The notes under the pieces: model-generated
What the model was told of the DNA's origin: nothing
What the model saw: only the letters and a program-made list of their open reading frames with translations
The model's database searches: none
From: Trichinella spiralis
Taxonomy: Eukaryota
Direction: 5' to 3'
NCBI RefSeq assembly: GCF_000181795.1
Contig: NW_003526948.1
Span: forward strand, 71,438 to 135,437
Length of the DNA: 64,000 nt
Translations under genes and position numbers: made by a program
In this document: piece by piece, positions 17,041-30,352 of the stretch
How the letters are laid out: every line of letters begins with the position of its first letter
How positions within the stretch are numbered: position 1 is the first letter of the stretch

Positions 17041-20000
17041 TGGATCGTCTCCAACTTCGTAATGCCTGTCGATCAGCACCAAACGCCGGCTCAAGCCGGG
17101 TCTCGAGCGTCTGTACTTGGCCTGAAAAAGCACAACAACATCAACTGGCTTACAAAATACTTCAACTGCACTTCAAACGTATTGTTCCAACAAAATTACA
17201 ACGGCACAACTACTTGATTATAAAAATAGAAAAAAAATCTACTGCCAACAAATCAAATCAACTTATTCCATTGAAAAAGTAAAAATATAACTGCAGTAAA
17301 GTTACGCAGTCAGCTGTCACATCAACAACGGCTAATTCAAATATGCATGATGTGTTGAAAAACTTGCTCACGTCATTCTTAAAAGCGTCAAAAATCACCT
17401 GGATTCGTGACTGAAAAATCACAACTTCATTTTCACACTAAAATTTCAAATAAAAAAAAACAATGACCACAATGATTCAAAATGATATATGTAACCTGAA
17501 AATCAATAAAATAACAATTTTACAATTCTCCAAACTTGAATTTGAAAAGCGAAAGGAAAACTATCATCACCAGATAAAACTGGTCAAATTTACAGCCGGC
17601 GATAATGAACTGCTGCAGTTAGATGCGATTCAAAACTAATAAAAAAAATTTTTAGAAAATCGACCGGCTAATTTAGCCACAAATGAACAATGCTGAATAG
17701 TAATGGGAACGCGTCGAGCAAAAGTAAAAAGAAATCAATTTTTGAAAATTCAAAAGATAGCAAACAATCACCTTCAGCTGCATACGACAGTGGAAATGAA
17801 AGCGACAGTGCATAATAATACATACATAAGTATTATTATGTATGCATATATATATATATCTGTAAAGAAAAATTTTCAAAATGGACCAAAATAATTTTCC
17901 GCCAAACTGCTCACCACAAATATATACAATATATAGAAGTTTTAAACCTTGGAAATTAAAGAAAACAACGAAATTATTCAAACAGAAAATTGAATGCATT
18001 GAATACGGAATTTAGTATAAAAAAAAGGAAGAAAAATCAATTTTGGCCAACCAACTTTTGGTATTGAAAAACAAATTTGAAAAGAAATCACCAATTGTCG
18101 AAATTTGGTTGTATAAAATAAATTCCAATGTAATCAACTACCAATAAATTGAACATATTTTTGCGCATAAAACTGCTGTTTAAATATTTCTTCGTGTAAA
18201 ACATTACCGACCCAATCAATTGTAATGTAAAGAATGAATAAAATTTAAAATACTGCAGCAGCGGAAATAAACACAGAATGACCTCTGCATGCGTACAACA
18301 ACGTCGGATGTTCAAAAAGACGGAAGAAATTATTTTCACAAAATAAAAAGATACAGAAAAATGGGAAGGAAAACTTCCTATTTATTCACTTTTTTAAATT
18401 TATTTTTAATTGAAAAAAATGTCGAACATCAACACTGCCTGTCACTATCAGTCTCAAAATAAAAATAGAAAAAAATAGAATACAACATCACACAAACAAA
18501 TAAACAAACAAACAGAGTACAAATATAAAAATTCCTGACCTTGAAAATTTTACTTTTCACTATTTGCAGCATTGCAGCAGTTTAGCAGAATGTCAGCTGT
18601 TGGAACAAAACTTAGTCAGCTCAAACCTAGACCAGCAGCATATAAAGTACACACTTTACGAACAATTGGTTCATTAAATGAACTGACTGCGACAATTCGC
18701 TTTTTAGTCCTGGTCAAGTGAATCGATTCGAACAAATAAATTCATTTCATACAATCAGAAAAGCACAACCACTCCGGAACCGGGAAGACTTGCACAACAA
18801 GTAAAATGCGAAAAAGCTCATAAAGCATGCATGCACAACTTGGCTAAAAAATGTCAATTGATAGGATCGACTTTTTCGCATGTGAACACTTCGTTTAAAT
18901 ATATAAATACATATATATATATATACTTCCATGCAACCGGCGTGTAATTTGAAAATAATTTTCCAACGTTGTTACTAACGAGCGGATGACGTAGCGATGA
19001 AAATTCGGAACATTGTTGTTTTCAAATCCGGTTAAAAAGAATGAATAAACAAAATTTATTACATTTACTCAAATCGCTTTTGCACAATAAAAGAAAAATA
19101 TGAAAGAATGCAAACCTATGCTAATCAGCTAATTGGAAAACAGAAATGAAGAAAAAATGCTCATCACGAACGCACTGAAAACTGAAGCCGCCAGGTCAAA
19201 CCATTTCGTGTATACTGTACATTTCTAGTGTTGATACATGATAGGCACTTGCTAAGCAAACTCGACCCCGCCCAATTCCAGTCAAAATCAAATAAAAGTG
19301 TTTTTCAGTACTAACAAAAATTTTCCCATACATGAAATACTCCCTTCCATCCTGATCTAATTACTATAAATTTTTACAAACAATTTTCAAATGAAATGTA
19401 CCAAACCAAACAGGCACAAATAGAAAAATTAACAACCCAAGCAAATGACAAAGCAAGACTATTTAAAATAAGTTTAAAATTTCATGCCAAAAAAATTGGC
19501 AAAAGTAAGCTGTCCGTGTTACAAAGTCATCAAAATAGCAGTCCCATTAATAAACAAAATTAATTTAAAAGTAAAACAGACAAAAAATGCAGAACAGTGA
19601 TCTGCATACTGAATATACAAATGTATGCTTTCAAACTTACCTTAGAAAATAATACATTGTTTTGGCACACAATACAAGATGAAGTTGAAAAACCTCTGCA
19701 ACTGATACGATCACGTTACAATGGTGGACAATGGTTTTGTCATTTCATGTAAAATTCACAATTGTGAGATATAACAGAAATTTGATTAAACTTCGTTCAA
19801 ACTAAAAACAGCAAAACTCTAAATAATAAATTGAATATTCAAAAGTGACCAAATAAAAAAGATAAATCAAAATTACAGAAAAGAAAAATTACAGTAATCG
19901 TACTGTAGAACTGGAAACAAGTTACAGGTGCAAATAATCATTTCAATGACACCTATTTCATTACTGCTTGAAAATAAGCCCTAAAGTGTGTTATGAAATA

Positions 20001-21581
20001 AATGTATTGAGTTGAAAATGAATCATTAAAATATTTTAAAATTTTTGGAAATTTATTAAATCTAGTCATTCTCTTCTAGTTGTTCTTATTATTCTCTTTT
20101 AAATGAAATTTCGAGTAATATTAGCCAAGTTATCCGGAAATAATATTCGTGTTCAACAGTAAAAAATCTCAGAATATTTACTATGGCGTAGTGGCTTAAT
20201 TTAATTTAAATCACGTTGGTGTAGTATGTCAGGACATTTTTATACTTAATAGACAAAGTATGTTGTTTTAAAAAGAAATCCTGACAAATAATTTACTGAA
20301 TAACAAGAAACATAAAAAGCAGAACACTGATTAACTGCTTCAATATGCGGACTTTCTGCCTAAAATCACGATATTATAATTAGTCACAACAATAATTTAT
20401 TCATTTAAATTATTTTTATCAAACTGTTTCATGTTGTGAATTATAAATAAAAAGAAGTGAAATATTTTCAGTGAAATGGATGGCATTACAGTGTAACAGT
20501 CAAAAAAGTAAGTGCGCTTTTTTTCAAATTATCGAAATAAAAACAGCGCTTAATCATTACAATTATTCGACAGTGATGATTAAACATCTTATGATCATCT
20601 TCCAATAAGTATATCACGCTGATAAATTGACAGTTGGACAAAACTGTTGCCATTACATCCGCATTAAAAATGCAAACTGTAACAATTAAAAAACATACTT
20701 GATGGTTAATATGATACTGTAGCGCTTATTGTGATTTTTATATCAATAAAATGAAATACAATTTATTTATTGCTTTAACGTGTTTAATCTTCTACAGAAA
20801 AAAATTTAATGCAATTTTTAAAATTTAATTTAATTTAATAATAATCACGTAATGACACTCAGAAATTGTACACAAAACGAACCCATTTTCAATAATTGCA
20901 AGCATTGTAATATTAAATGACGAAGCAGATTGATGATAATCAGCTGAACTGTTGTTCAAGTATCATAGTCTGTAGTGGTTAATTATACCGACATGATAAT
21001 GCTTGATAAGAGGGAGAGAGATAAGAAGCTCAAAGATAAACAGACAAATCTTTGAATATTACGGGATGAAAAGTTTTCATTAAAGCGCACAGTAAAAAAA
21101 GTTATAAAATTGCTTATTTTTTATTAAGCAAAAAAAATTTACAGCACTATGTGATGGGAAAAAGTTCACAGTCTGTTTCGAAAAATAACAGTTGCTGTTG
21201 TAAACTGATTCTGATCATGTGAAATGTATGCTAAAAAGTTGCTGCTATGATCAATTTTCAAGAACAATTGATGAAAATTCTGTTTCGTTTGCATCTGAAA
21301 CAAATTTCTGTTGAAATTTTACATCTTATTTTACATATGTTGAAAATTTATTTAAAAAAAACAAAAAGAATCATCGTTAGCAAAAGTTGTTCGATTCGAT
21401 GAACTTGATTGCAAAGCTGCCTGTATTCCGTATAGTGAATGACGTCATGAATGGCTAGTTCAATGTGAATGCGTGTAACAATTTTGAAACTGTCGAAAAA
21501 TAAAAAAATTTTTAAACTGTAATGTATGGAAGAAACATTTTTTATTAATTTCAGCTGTTGTCAAAGTGAGAAAAATTGAAT

Positions 21582-23815
21582 ATGAATACCAAAGAAGAAG
21601 AAGAAGAAGAAGAAGACAAGGAACAAGAGAAGGGCAATTTTGCAGATGATGTGGATTTTGTAGAACCAGAAGAACCATTCGCGGATGATGAACTGATTCC
21701 ATCGGATTTGATAGAAGGTAAACGATCGGCAGAGGTAAAGATTTTGTGTGTTGAAGTGACCACTTTAAGATGCTGTTTCTTCGCATCGATCGAGCGAAAA
21801 TTATTTGCAAAGGGATGAAAATTTCGAACTTGAACTCGGTTCACCAACTGACGACCACATTTTGGACCATTTTCAAAATGTATCCCGTTATGATATCATC
21901 GATGTTATTGGGAATGATCGAGCAGGTCGACCAGTGATTGTATTTTTCGCTTTTCGGCTTCCACAAACCGATTTGTTCGACTATGAGCTCTTCTTGAAGT
22001 ATTATTTATAATTATGATTATTATTATTATTACAACTTGAATGTTATCTATTTATCTTTCTTTCTTTTTTCTCAGATATATCATTCACACTTTGGACGGG
22101 TTTGTAGACCAAGACTATACTATTATATATTTCCATTATGGACGGAAAAGTTTCACTCGACCGCCGATCAGTTGGCTTATTCGCACATATCGCGCACTGG
22201 ATCGAAGGCAAAGTTTTTTTTCTTTACATTAAAAAAAATTATATATCTCATGTACAAAATAATCAAGAATAGAATCATTCTCGTAATGAATGTTATTTAT
22301 TAAACAAACATGTACATTTGTTCATTATTAGTATGCAATTTGATATAATAAATTTGTTGTTTCAGATTTAAAAAAAATTTGAAATCGTTGATTCTTGTAC
22401 ATCCAACTCGTTTGGTGAAATTCATGTGGACCATTTTCAAACCGTTGGTCAGTTCAAAATTTGAAAAAAAGATTTGTTATGTCAATTATCTGCACGAATT
22501 GCGAGAATATGTTCATTGTGATCAATTGGTGATACCTAAAGAAATTGAAGAGTGAGAGCTTATTTCAAATTATTCTCCATTATTTTATTTATTCATCAAA
22601 ATATATATGCAATTTTTCTCTGGTTTTGTTTTTGATCTTTGAATGAATGAATGAGAGTTGGTCTTGGAAAGTTTGCTGCTGTTGTTGTTTTATAGTGATC
22701 TTTATTTTTATGCATAATAGACATGATCGAATGCTTTTGCAAGAAAGCAATTGTAAGGTGCATGCGTCAACCATACCGCCTTTCTTACCAACGCAACAAT
22801 TTGGTGTTAATTTGCAGTAGTACGTGTTAATTTATATACGTATATATGTTGGATTGTAATGATTTCGATAATGTTGTTCATTTTTTTATAAACTACATTG
22901 CAGCATAATGCGCAATCATCCTGAGTCAACATTGCCGCCAGTTGTACATGATACTGTAACTTTTCTACGTCAGCATGGTGAGTAATAGTGTTTGATTTCC
23001 ATGAGCAAGCTAATGATTATACAAATCTGCATATTGAAACAAATTTGAAACTTCAGGCATGTTGACCCCAGGACTGTTCCGAAGGTCGGTTAGCGTAAAA
23101 GAGCTACGCACATGGCAAGACAAAATTAATCGAGGTTCTCTGCTGTCTTTGCAATATTGTTATTTTTTTTAAATTATTATTTGCTGATATTTTTTCAAAT
23201 AGGCATATCAGTAACTTATTTATATCCAGACCATGTTCATCTAAGTGCCGTTCTATTGAAAACATTTCTCCGAGAATTATCTGAGCCAGTGATGACGCAT
23301 CACCTTTACGGTGACATCATGCAATTGCAGAGTGAGTCATTATGTCAATGTTGAATTTCAAATCCGATGTAGTTGATACTGATGGGGTTTTTTGTTGTTG
23401 GTTTTTATTAAAATTTCAGATTTTATTCGATGATATTTTTTGTTGCAGATTTTCCACCGAATGAACGTACACAAAAGATCAGAGATTTGCTCAAACAGTT
23501 ACCGAAAGAAAATTATACACTGTTGAAGTATTTGATTGAATTTTTGAATGAAGTGAGTGAAGTGCTTCAATAATTAGAGAAATAAAAGAGGAAGCTTACC
23601 GTATATTTACTTGTTTTTTTGGTTTTCAGGTATGCGATAGAAGCTCGGCTAATTTGATGAACGCATCCAATTTGGCCATTGTCTTTGGACCAAATTTAGC
23701 TTGGTCGGCCGATCAGCAAGTTTCAATGGGAAATATGTATCAGCTTACCCAGTTCACGTACCGGCTTATAGCGAATTCGACGGAAATATTTGTTTCATCA
23801 CCAGTGAAGCGATGA
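21582..23815 (+). CDS. Rho GTPase-activating protein with BCH/CRAL-TRIO and RhoGAP domains (ARHGAP1/8, rga-1 type)
   Basis: Acidic N-terminus; GNDRAGRPVIVFFAFRLP; DQDYTIIYFHYG; DRRFKKNLKSLILVHP; PTQQFGV; GAP arginine finger GLFRRS; LLKTFLRELSEP; NLMNASNLAIVFGPNL; stop at 23813-23815. Confidence 0.92.
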
Positions 23816-23847
23816 AAATGATGACGACAATGCTAATGCTAATACTA

Positions 23848-23885
23848 ATGATGACGATGACGATGATGATGATGATGATGATGAA
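23848..23885. repeat. (GAT/GAC)n trinucleotide repeat in RhoGAP 3' UTR
   Basis: Direct repeat just after the stop codon. Confidence 0.85.
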
Positions 23886-25545
23886 AGATAACGATCACTG
23901 ATTCAATCGTCCATTTAATCAATGCAATAATATTAATTTTTCACTTTGTCTTATTGGGATGGAGATTTGGGGTCAACGTTTTGTTTATTTATTAAATTGC
24001 ACTGAATAAATTATTCATATTTTAATAAAAATTGTTTCAAATATATAAAAGAATGAATTAAGAAAAGGAAGTTTTTTCAAAAAACGAAGCTAACTATATT
24101 ATATAACACATATTTTTCTATAAGTGTTCAAAAAATTTTTTTTAATTTCTGAACAATGAAAAAAGTCAAGTCAGTAAGGGGAAAGTTAAAGAAGCAACAT
24201 TTTATTATACTGTTTGCAAAACAGTTGAACAGAACAAACAGTAATAGCAACATTGATAAAATCTAAAAAGTAAAAATTTTGTGAATTGTATGTATGCATA
24301 TGAGAGAGAAAGTTTTTTTTCTTTTTTTATTAAATTGAAAATTTTATTCCCATCAGCAACAATTGTAATTGTTGAATTTGCATTCAATGTATCATTTTAT
24401 TTTGCTTTTACTTCAACAAATGCAAAAATCATACGACTGCTAATGTTGAATTGGCACTTTTGCAGCTGGCGTTGTTTGGTCAGTGGAAAAGTTCGGAAGC
24501 AATATTTCCATTCTCCATTGCACCGCACCATTGCACATACTGCGAATCGACATGTCAGTCAAGTTGAAAAATCTCTTTTACTGTTGTTAGCCAGATGGCT
24601 AGTTGGCTTTTGAAATTTACTTCCGACAAACAACATATCTATGTATATATGTAGTATATATATATATATATATATATACTACATAAAAGAGAAAAACGTG
24701 GAATGATTATCATCGTCTCGTTTATGAATTATTGCTTTGATTTATTTGTATGAGACAAATCGTCATGAGATTGCTTGGCGTTTGTCTGCTTTTCAAAAAC
24801 GGCTTACGAACCGAAACTTAAATAATGACAACTGAACTTCAGATGTTGCTTCTTTTTAAAAAATTTTTCAATTTATAATTTCTCCTTCAACAACAATTCT
24901 TTCAATTTTATTCTTTGGTCACATGACATTGGCAGAAAAAAATTTTCTTTTTATTACATTTCAGCTTTATGCATAAAATACAACATAAATAAGACTGTTC
25001 GGCATATTTTATTGGTCGGAAAAAGCAGCTAGCTTGCTTGTCAGATAGATGACGAAATCAACAGCAGTTCAGTAGTTGCGCTGCTCCGCTGCTGCTGCTG
25101 GTGACACTACTCCTCTCTCTGCTCAGATTTGATAAACGGTACGATGGCTGTGCGTTTCTTTCCTTATTCTTTTTTTATCCTCTTTATTTATACTAATTAG
25201 TTTAATGTATTTGAAAGATTAATTTTCACTGAAAACTTTCATTATGCATATATTTCAATAATCATGCTTAATTGGGTTAGAAGCATGTTTTTGGAAAAAA
25301 ATAAAAATTTCTTAATCTTATGAAAAATTAAAAAAAAAAACAATACAAATAAACTTAAACTTGGAAAAGACGAAATAATGCTTTTAATTAATATTCATTA
25401 TTTTGAATAAAAGTTTTTGACAAGCATATTTTGTTAGCACAGTTCGGCTCAACAGTTGGGTTGTTTTTTCTCGTTTGTTTTTGCAATAGTTTACTTTCAG
25501 TTTAGCATTAAAATCTACACACTGTGATCGAAGAAAAACGAACAC

Positions 25546-26723
25546 ATGCAGCAAAACAGAGAATTTTTGGTGGTAAGATAGTAGTAGTTTTATTACAATT
25601 CACGCTCGTGAAAAAATGCATTTGATTTAATTTACTTTTTTCTATTTTAATTGTAAGTTTTCCTGTCATGCGGTGGCTAATGCATCCGAAGATCCGATAA
25701 AGGGTAACGAAAAAATACCTCTGCTACACCACTAATTTATGTCTGTTGACCGGATCACTTTTAGAATATGACTTCCTTTGCAAAATATGCGGTAACAAAT
25801 TCAGTGAAACACGAAAAGATCCGAGAAGACAGATATTTTTTTGTTTACCAAAACACCCTTCTCCTGAAAATGTTCCATCAGTTCCACCGCATGCTGATGA
25901 AAACAACGGCTTGCAACCAATGGTGAACAACGTCGTGTCTTTGCAAAACCAGCAACCAAGCAATACCGACATCATCGTACGCAACACATGTCCGACAAAC
26001 ACAAATTGGCGGCAACCATTAGGTGGGTGGACACCATGGATACCGAATTTTGTAATGCCGATGCAAAATGTGAATATGCATCATTTAAACGAAAATTATC
26101 TTCCGCAAGTGTATCGTGAAATAAGAAACGCGCCTGGCGGAAGAGTAGCCGGAAATAGGATCGACAATCAGAATTTATGCCCAGTGACGTGGCGTCCGAT
26201 TATTCATCGTAATCAAATTTTCAATGATTTTGAGTACGCATTTTTTCAAGGTTATGGCCATTTCTATAACAACATGAAGCACATAACTGATGAAGTGATG
26301 CGAAGCACTCGATTTTTTGTGGTAAGGGCACAAAATGAAAATGAAATTGCACTGTCTGTTAAATTCGGCTTATGGTGGCCAACAGAAGATATAATCGCTT
26401 GTTTGAATATCATTTTCAATGAACGTGCCGCATTCAACTGCTCAGTTTACTTGCTAGTCACTTTGAATGTAAGTGACTGCTTTCGTGGTGTCGCGAAAAT
26501 GCTCACTGGCGTCTACTGTCGACACGCTGACAAAGAGCCTCGGGTTAACAACAGATTTGAATTTCAGTTGAAATGGCTCCTGGTAAAAACGGTTCCAAAC
26601 GAGATATTGAATCACATAATGACTTCGGTTGAAGAACAAGTCCCTATTACTGCTGTACCTAATGGGCACGAAATCTTCTGTGACAATGCTTGGCAGTTTA
26701 TGGATGCAATGGTAAAGTTCTGA
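25546..26723 (+). CDS. Divergent YTH-domain protein
   Basis: Inferred exons 25546-25572, 25658-25703 and 25765-26723 are phase-compatible. The C-terminal ~140 aa align by eye to YTH: RFFVVRA..EIALSVKFGLW..T..L...F..SVYLLVTLNVSDCFRGVAKM..FQLKWLLVKTVPNEILNHI..PIT..GHEI. Confidence 0.8.
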
Positions 26724-27028
26724 ATGCAGTGTAAAGTTTGCATTATAAAAAGTGCAACGTTTTCTTTGAACTACTTCAATCATTCATCATTGTTTAACAT
26801 TTTTTCTGGCATTTTTGACTTTGACAGGAAATATTACATTATATGCATTTGCGTTGTTTCACATAATAAAATATACTTGTTTGTCATTGCTAATAATAGC
26901 TACTTTTTCCCAAATTTTACACAAGTACATTTTTTTACGCACAAAAAGAAAACAGAAAGAGTTTGCAATTTTACCCAGTACATATATACATATGTGTGTA
27001 ATATTTAAATAAATTTGGTTCAGTGTGG

Positions 27029-30000
27029 TCATCCAATGTTTCTAAGAAACGGTAGTCCACCGAAATCGACGCCAGTTCCAGAAAAACCACGAATACCAGC
27101 CGCATCCCAACCTCTACCAGATGATATTCCTCCAAGTGGATTGATGCTTGTTCCGGAGCTAGTACCAAAAATCGGTGTATTTCCAATTCCAATTCCCGTT
27201 GATTGCCCAATGCCAATTCCGCCAAGACCAGACATCCCTTGACCTGACATACCCGCCAGGCCAGCTCCCTGAGGGGTCTGTCCAAGTGGAGAAAGTGACG
27301 TCGGCGATGGTGCCCCAACAGCAGTTGGACCGGAAAATGGTAAAAAGCCAGGACGCACCAGTCCCAAAGTCGGCGGTGGCACCCCACCTGAACGAAGAGC
27401 GGCCCAATCTGCTGGAGCAGCCAAACCACCCAGTTTAACCACATTGCTTCGGAAGCCTCCAATGCCAACCAAAGGAACACCCCATCCTCTTGTAGGTCCA
27501 TATATTCCACGTTGCCAGTTTGCGTTTATTACCCGTCCTTGATCCCAAAAATCAGAAACACCTTTCTGGTCGCTGACACGAGCTCCCCAATCTCCAAATC
27601 CTATTCCAACTCGTCTTCCTCCACCTATTGCTCCTTGTGGATTAAACGGGTAAAAAGGAATGCCACTCACACCCCATGCATCTGTTGTCACACCAATGTT
27701 GCCATCAATAATGGGGAATGGCCTCTGGTTGAGACAATAGACACGATACAGATTGCAGTATTGTCGAACATTTTGTGTTTCGTAACCAGTACAAATCCTT
27801 TCAGCAATAAGGCGGTACTGGCTGCACAGTAAAGAAATGTCGATTCCAGGTTGGAGGAAAAGATTTCCAGAAGTGACCACTGAACTCGGCTCACCTTCTC
27901 TTAGACTTAGCATCTGAGTGCCTTCTTTGGGCAAGGGACATTTTTGTGCATAAGTTTTGCAGAACTGAACTGTCTTCCCTGCAGGACGTTGATAGCAATA
28001 CTGCACATAAGCTTGACTATTTCTGGAACAATACATTGCTTCTTCCGTACTGTTCACAGATTGGAAGATTCCAGTTCCTGCAGATAAAGGCAAAGCAGTG
28101 GTGGCCGCTTCGCCCTGATTTCTTAAACAATACACCCTATACAGATCGCATAAATGCTTCACTCTGCCAATTTCTTTTCCAGTACAGAAACGGCTAGCTA
28201 AATGCTGATAATTTGAGCACATTTGTGAAACTTGCTGTTGTATGTCTTGAGAATTTAAGGAAGCTGCATCCAATGTGGGCACGCTACCAATATTACAAAA
28301 CTTACTGTATGCATCGCAAAATGAGCGAACATCATCAGTCAATGAAGTTGCAATGTTGTCTTTGCAGTAATAAACAAAATGTGTTCGATAATTCTTACAA
28401 TAATTTTGTGCAGATGAAACTTTTCTTCCACTGGCAACTACTGCTTTCTTTTCTGCGGGCATCGTTTCAGTCTTGTGGCTGTCAAATGTGGCGTCAGCAG
28501 CCCTGCACGCAGCCATGGTGTGAAACCTTTTGCAAAGATCATCTCTTGCTAATGCTGAAGCATAAATGTAGCGAAATTTTGAAGCAGTCTGTTTTTCTCC
28601 ATTTAATATGCTTCAACGTTTTAACTTTATTGAAATCATTATATTATCATTAATTAAAAACATAAAAAATAATGCGAACACATCAAATAACTTTTTTCAA
28701 TAGAAATTACATGTTCATATTATGTTTATAGTATGAAAGATAAATTTATTGAATTTCACGCTCAATTTAAATTTTAACAATTTAATTTTGATAAATTTGT
28801 TTTGCTATATATTAGGAAGCATCATATTTAGTAAAAGTGTTGGGTAAATATGTTTAATGGTTTTAAATAATAATAGAAGGTGCTTAATGTTACAACTATA
28901 CCTGAATTAGGTCGATTGACAATTCTCCCTTTGCTACTTTATGACTGTAATAATTTTGTACTAATAAAAGCAATCAACGCAATAAATTAATAATTTTATC
29001 AATCAATAAAAGTGTATTTATTCCTATCAATACAATAAACGTCTATTTATAGAAAAGGAATTGTTCATTTGACAAAGTATTTAAATTCGAGCACCTTATT
29101 TGTCATCGCAGTATTATCTCTCTGTGACAGCTAAGCAATTAAGCAGATTTAATTAAAATTTAGCAATTATCTAAAATCTTTTGACAATAGTGAATCATGA
29201 AAACAGTATATTACCAGTTTAAAACATAAATATTTATAAATTCACATTTAAAATAAGCAAAATTACTGTAAATAAATTTACTGTAAGCTTTGATGAATTT
29301 CACTGATGTTATTAAAACGATCATGCGTATGTAGTACTGTAAAAAAAGGATCATATATCCATTATCTAATCAGTAATATTGATATGGATATGTTGCATTT
29401 CAAAGTACAAAAGTGTATACTCATATTTGATATTGTTATTACACTTGCAACTGAAATCTTAATTCTTTACTACGAAGACATCCATATCAGATATTTTTTT
29501 TCCTGTTGTACAAACGTATACTTGTTTAAAAACCTAGATTTTGAATCTGCTTAAGTTTTTAAAGTTTTAAATTATGAAATTTTTTAAACTGCAATTATTT
29601 TTAGTAAATTGCATTGATGACGTAATTAATTTGATTGAAATTTGCAAATTATCTTATGAGGACAATAGTGGAGAGAGACACTGGATGAACAAAGAAAGTC
29701 ATTTGTGCAAAACATTTTGCACTAACAAATAAATGCTTTAACAGTATTGAAATCAGCAATCCATTAAATTTTTACATCCCTTTTTGTAATAAATTCTCTT
29801 TAAACAACTGAATCCAGAAAAGAGGTTTTCTTTAGCAATTTTTTGACTGATGAAGAAAGTTTTATTATTTTTTGAAATAGAAAATCACAATGTTTCTAGT
29901 TTAAGTATCCTGTATTGTGCTTTAATTAAATTTGATTTTCATCACATATTCTGCAGATCCATCATCTTTTTTGTAATTTGTTTTACAATTAGGATTCATT

Positions 30001-30352
30001 TGATTACTTTTTTGCTAATCTCTCTCATTTTCATCTCTGCTTTCAGCAGTCAGCACTTCTGCTACACCGATAACCGCCTGTAGCTGAATTTCCTTTTGGG
30101 CCTATTTAAATTGATGACTTTCAGCAATTTTCAAGACTGACAAAATCACTTATCAGCTAAACTATCTCTGAAACAGCTCAGAACGTGTCATGCAATTAAT
30201 AAGAAATAAAACATTGTAATTCGTGGTGTCATTTTACAATTCTTTACAAAATAATTATAAAAATTGATGTGCTTACCTGTCCGTGACAAACTGGTGCAGA
30301 TGTGATTGCAAAAAAACAGCAATATGAATGTAAGTTTAACGGACATGTGCAT
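27029..30352 (-). CDS. Secreted Cys-repeat protein A with Gly/aromatic-rich C-terminal tail (~533 aa)
   Basis: Signal-peptide exon 30352-30277 (MHMSVKLTFILLFFCNHICTSLSRT, phase 1) joins exon 28554-27029. Four 4-Cys repeats are followed by a ~230-aa Gly/Pro/aromatic tail. Confidence 0.85.

Noticed and set aside
27015..28653. Pro-rich plus-strand ORFs opposite Cys-repeat gene A
   Set aside because: Antisense reading of Gly codons.
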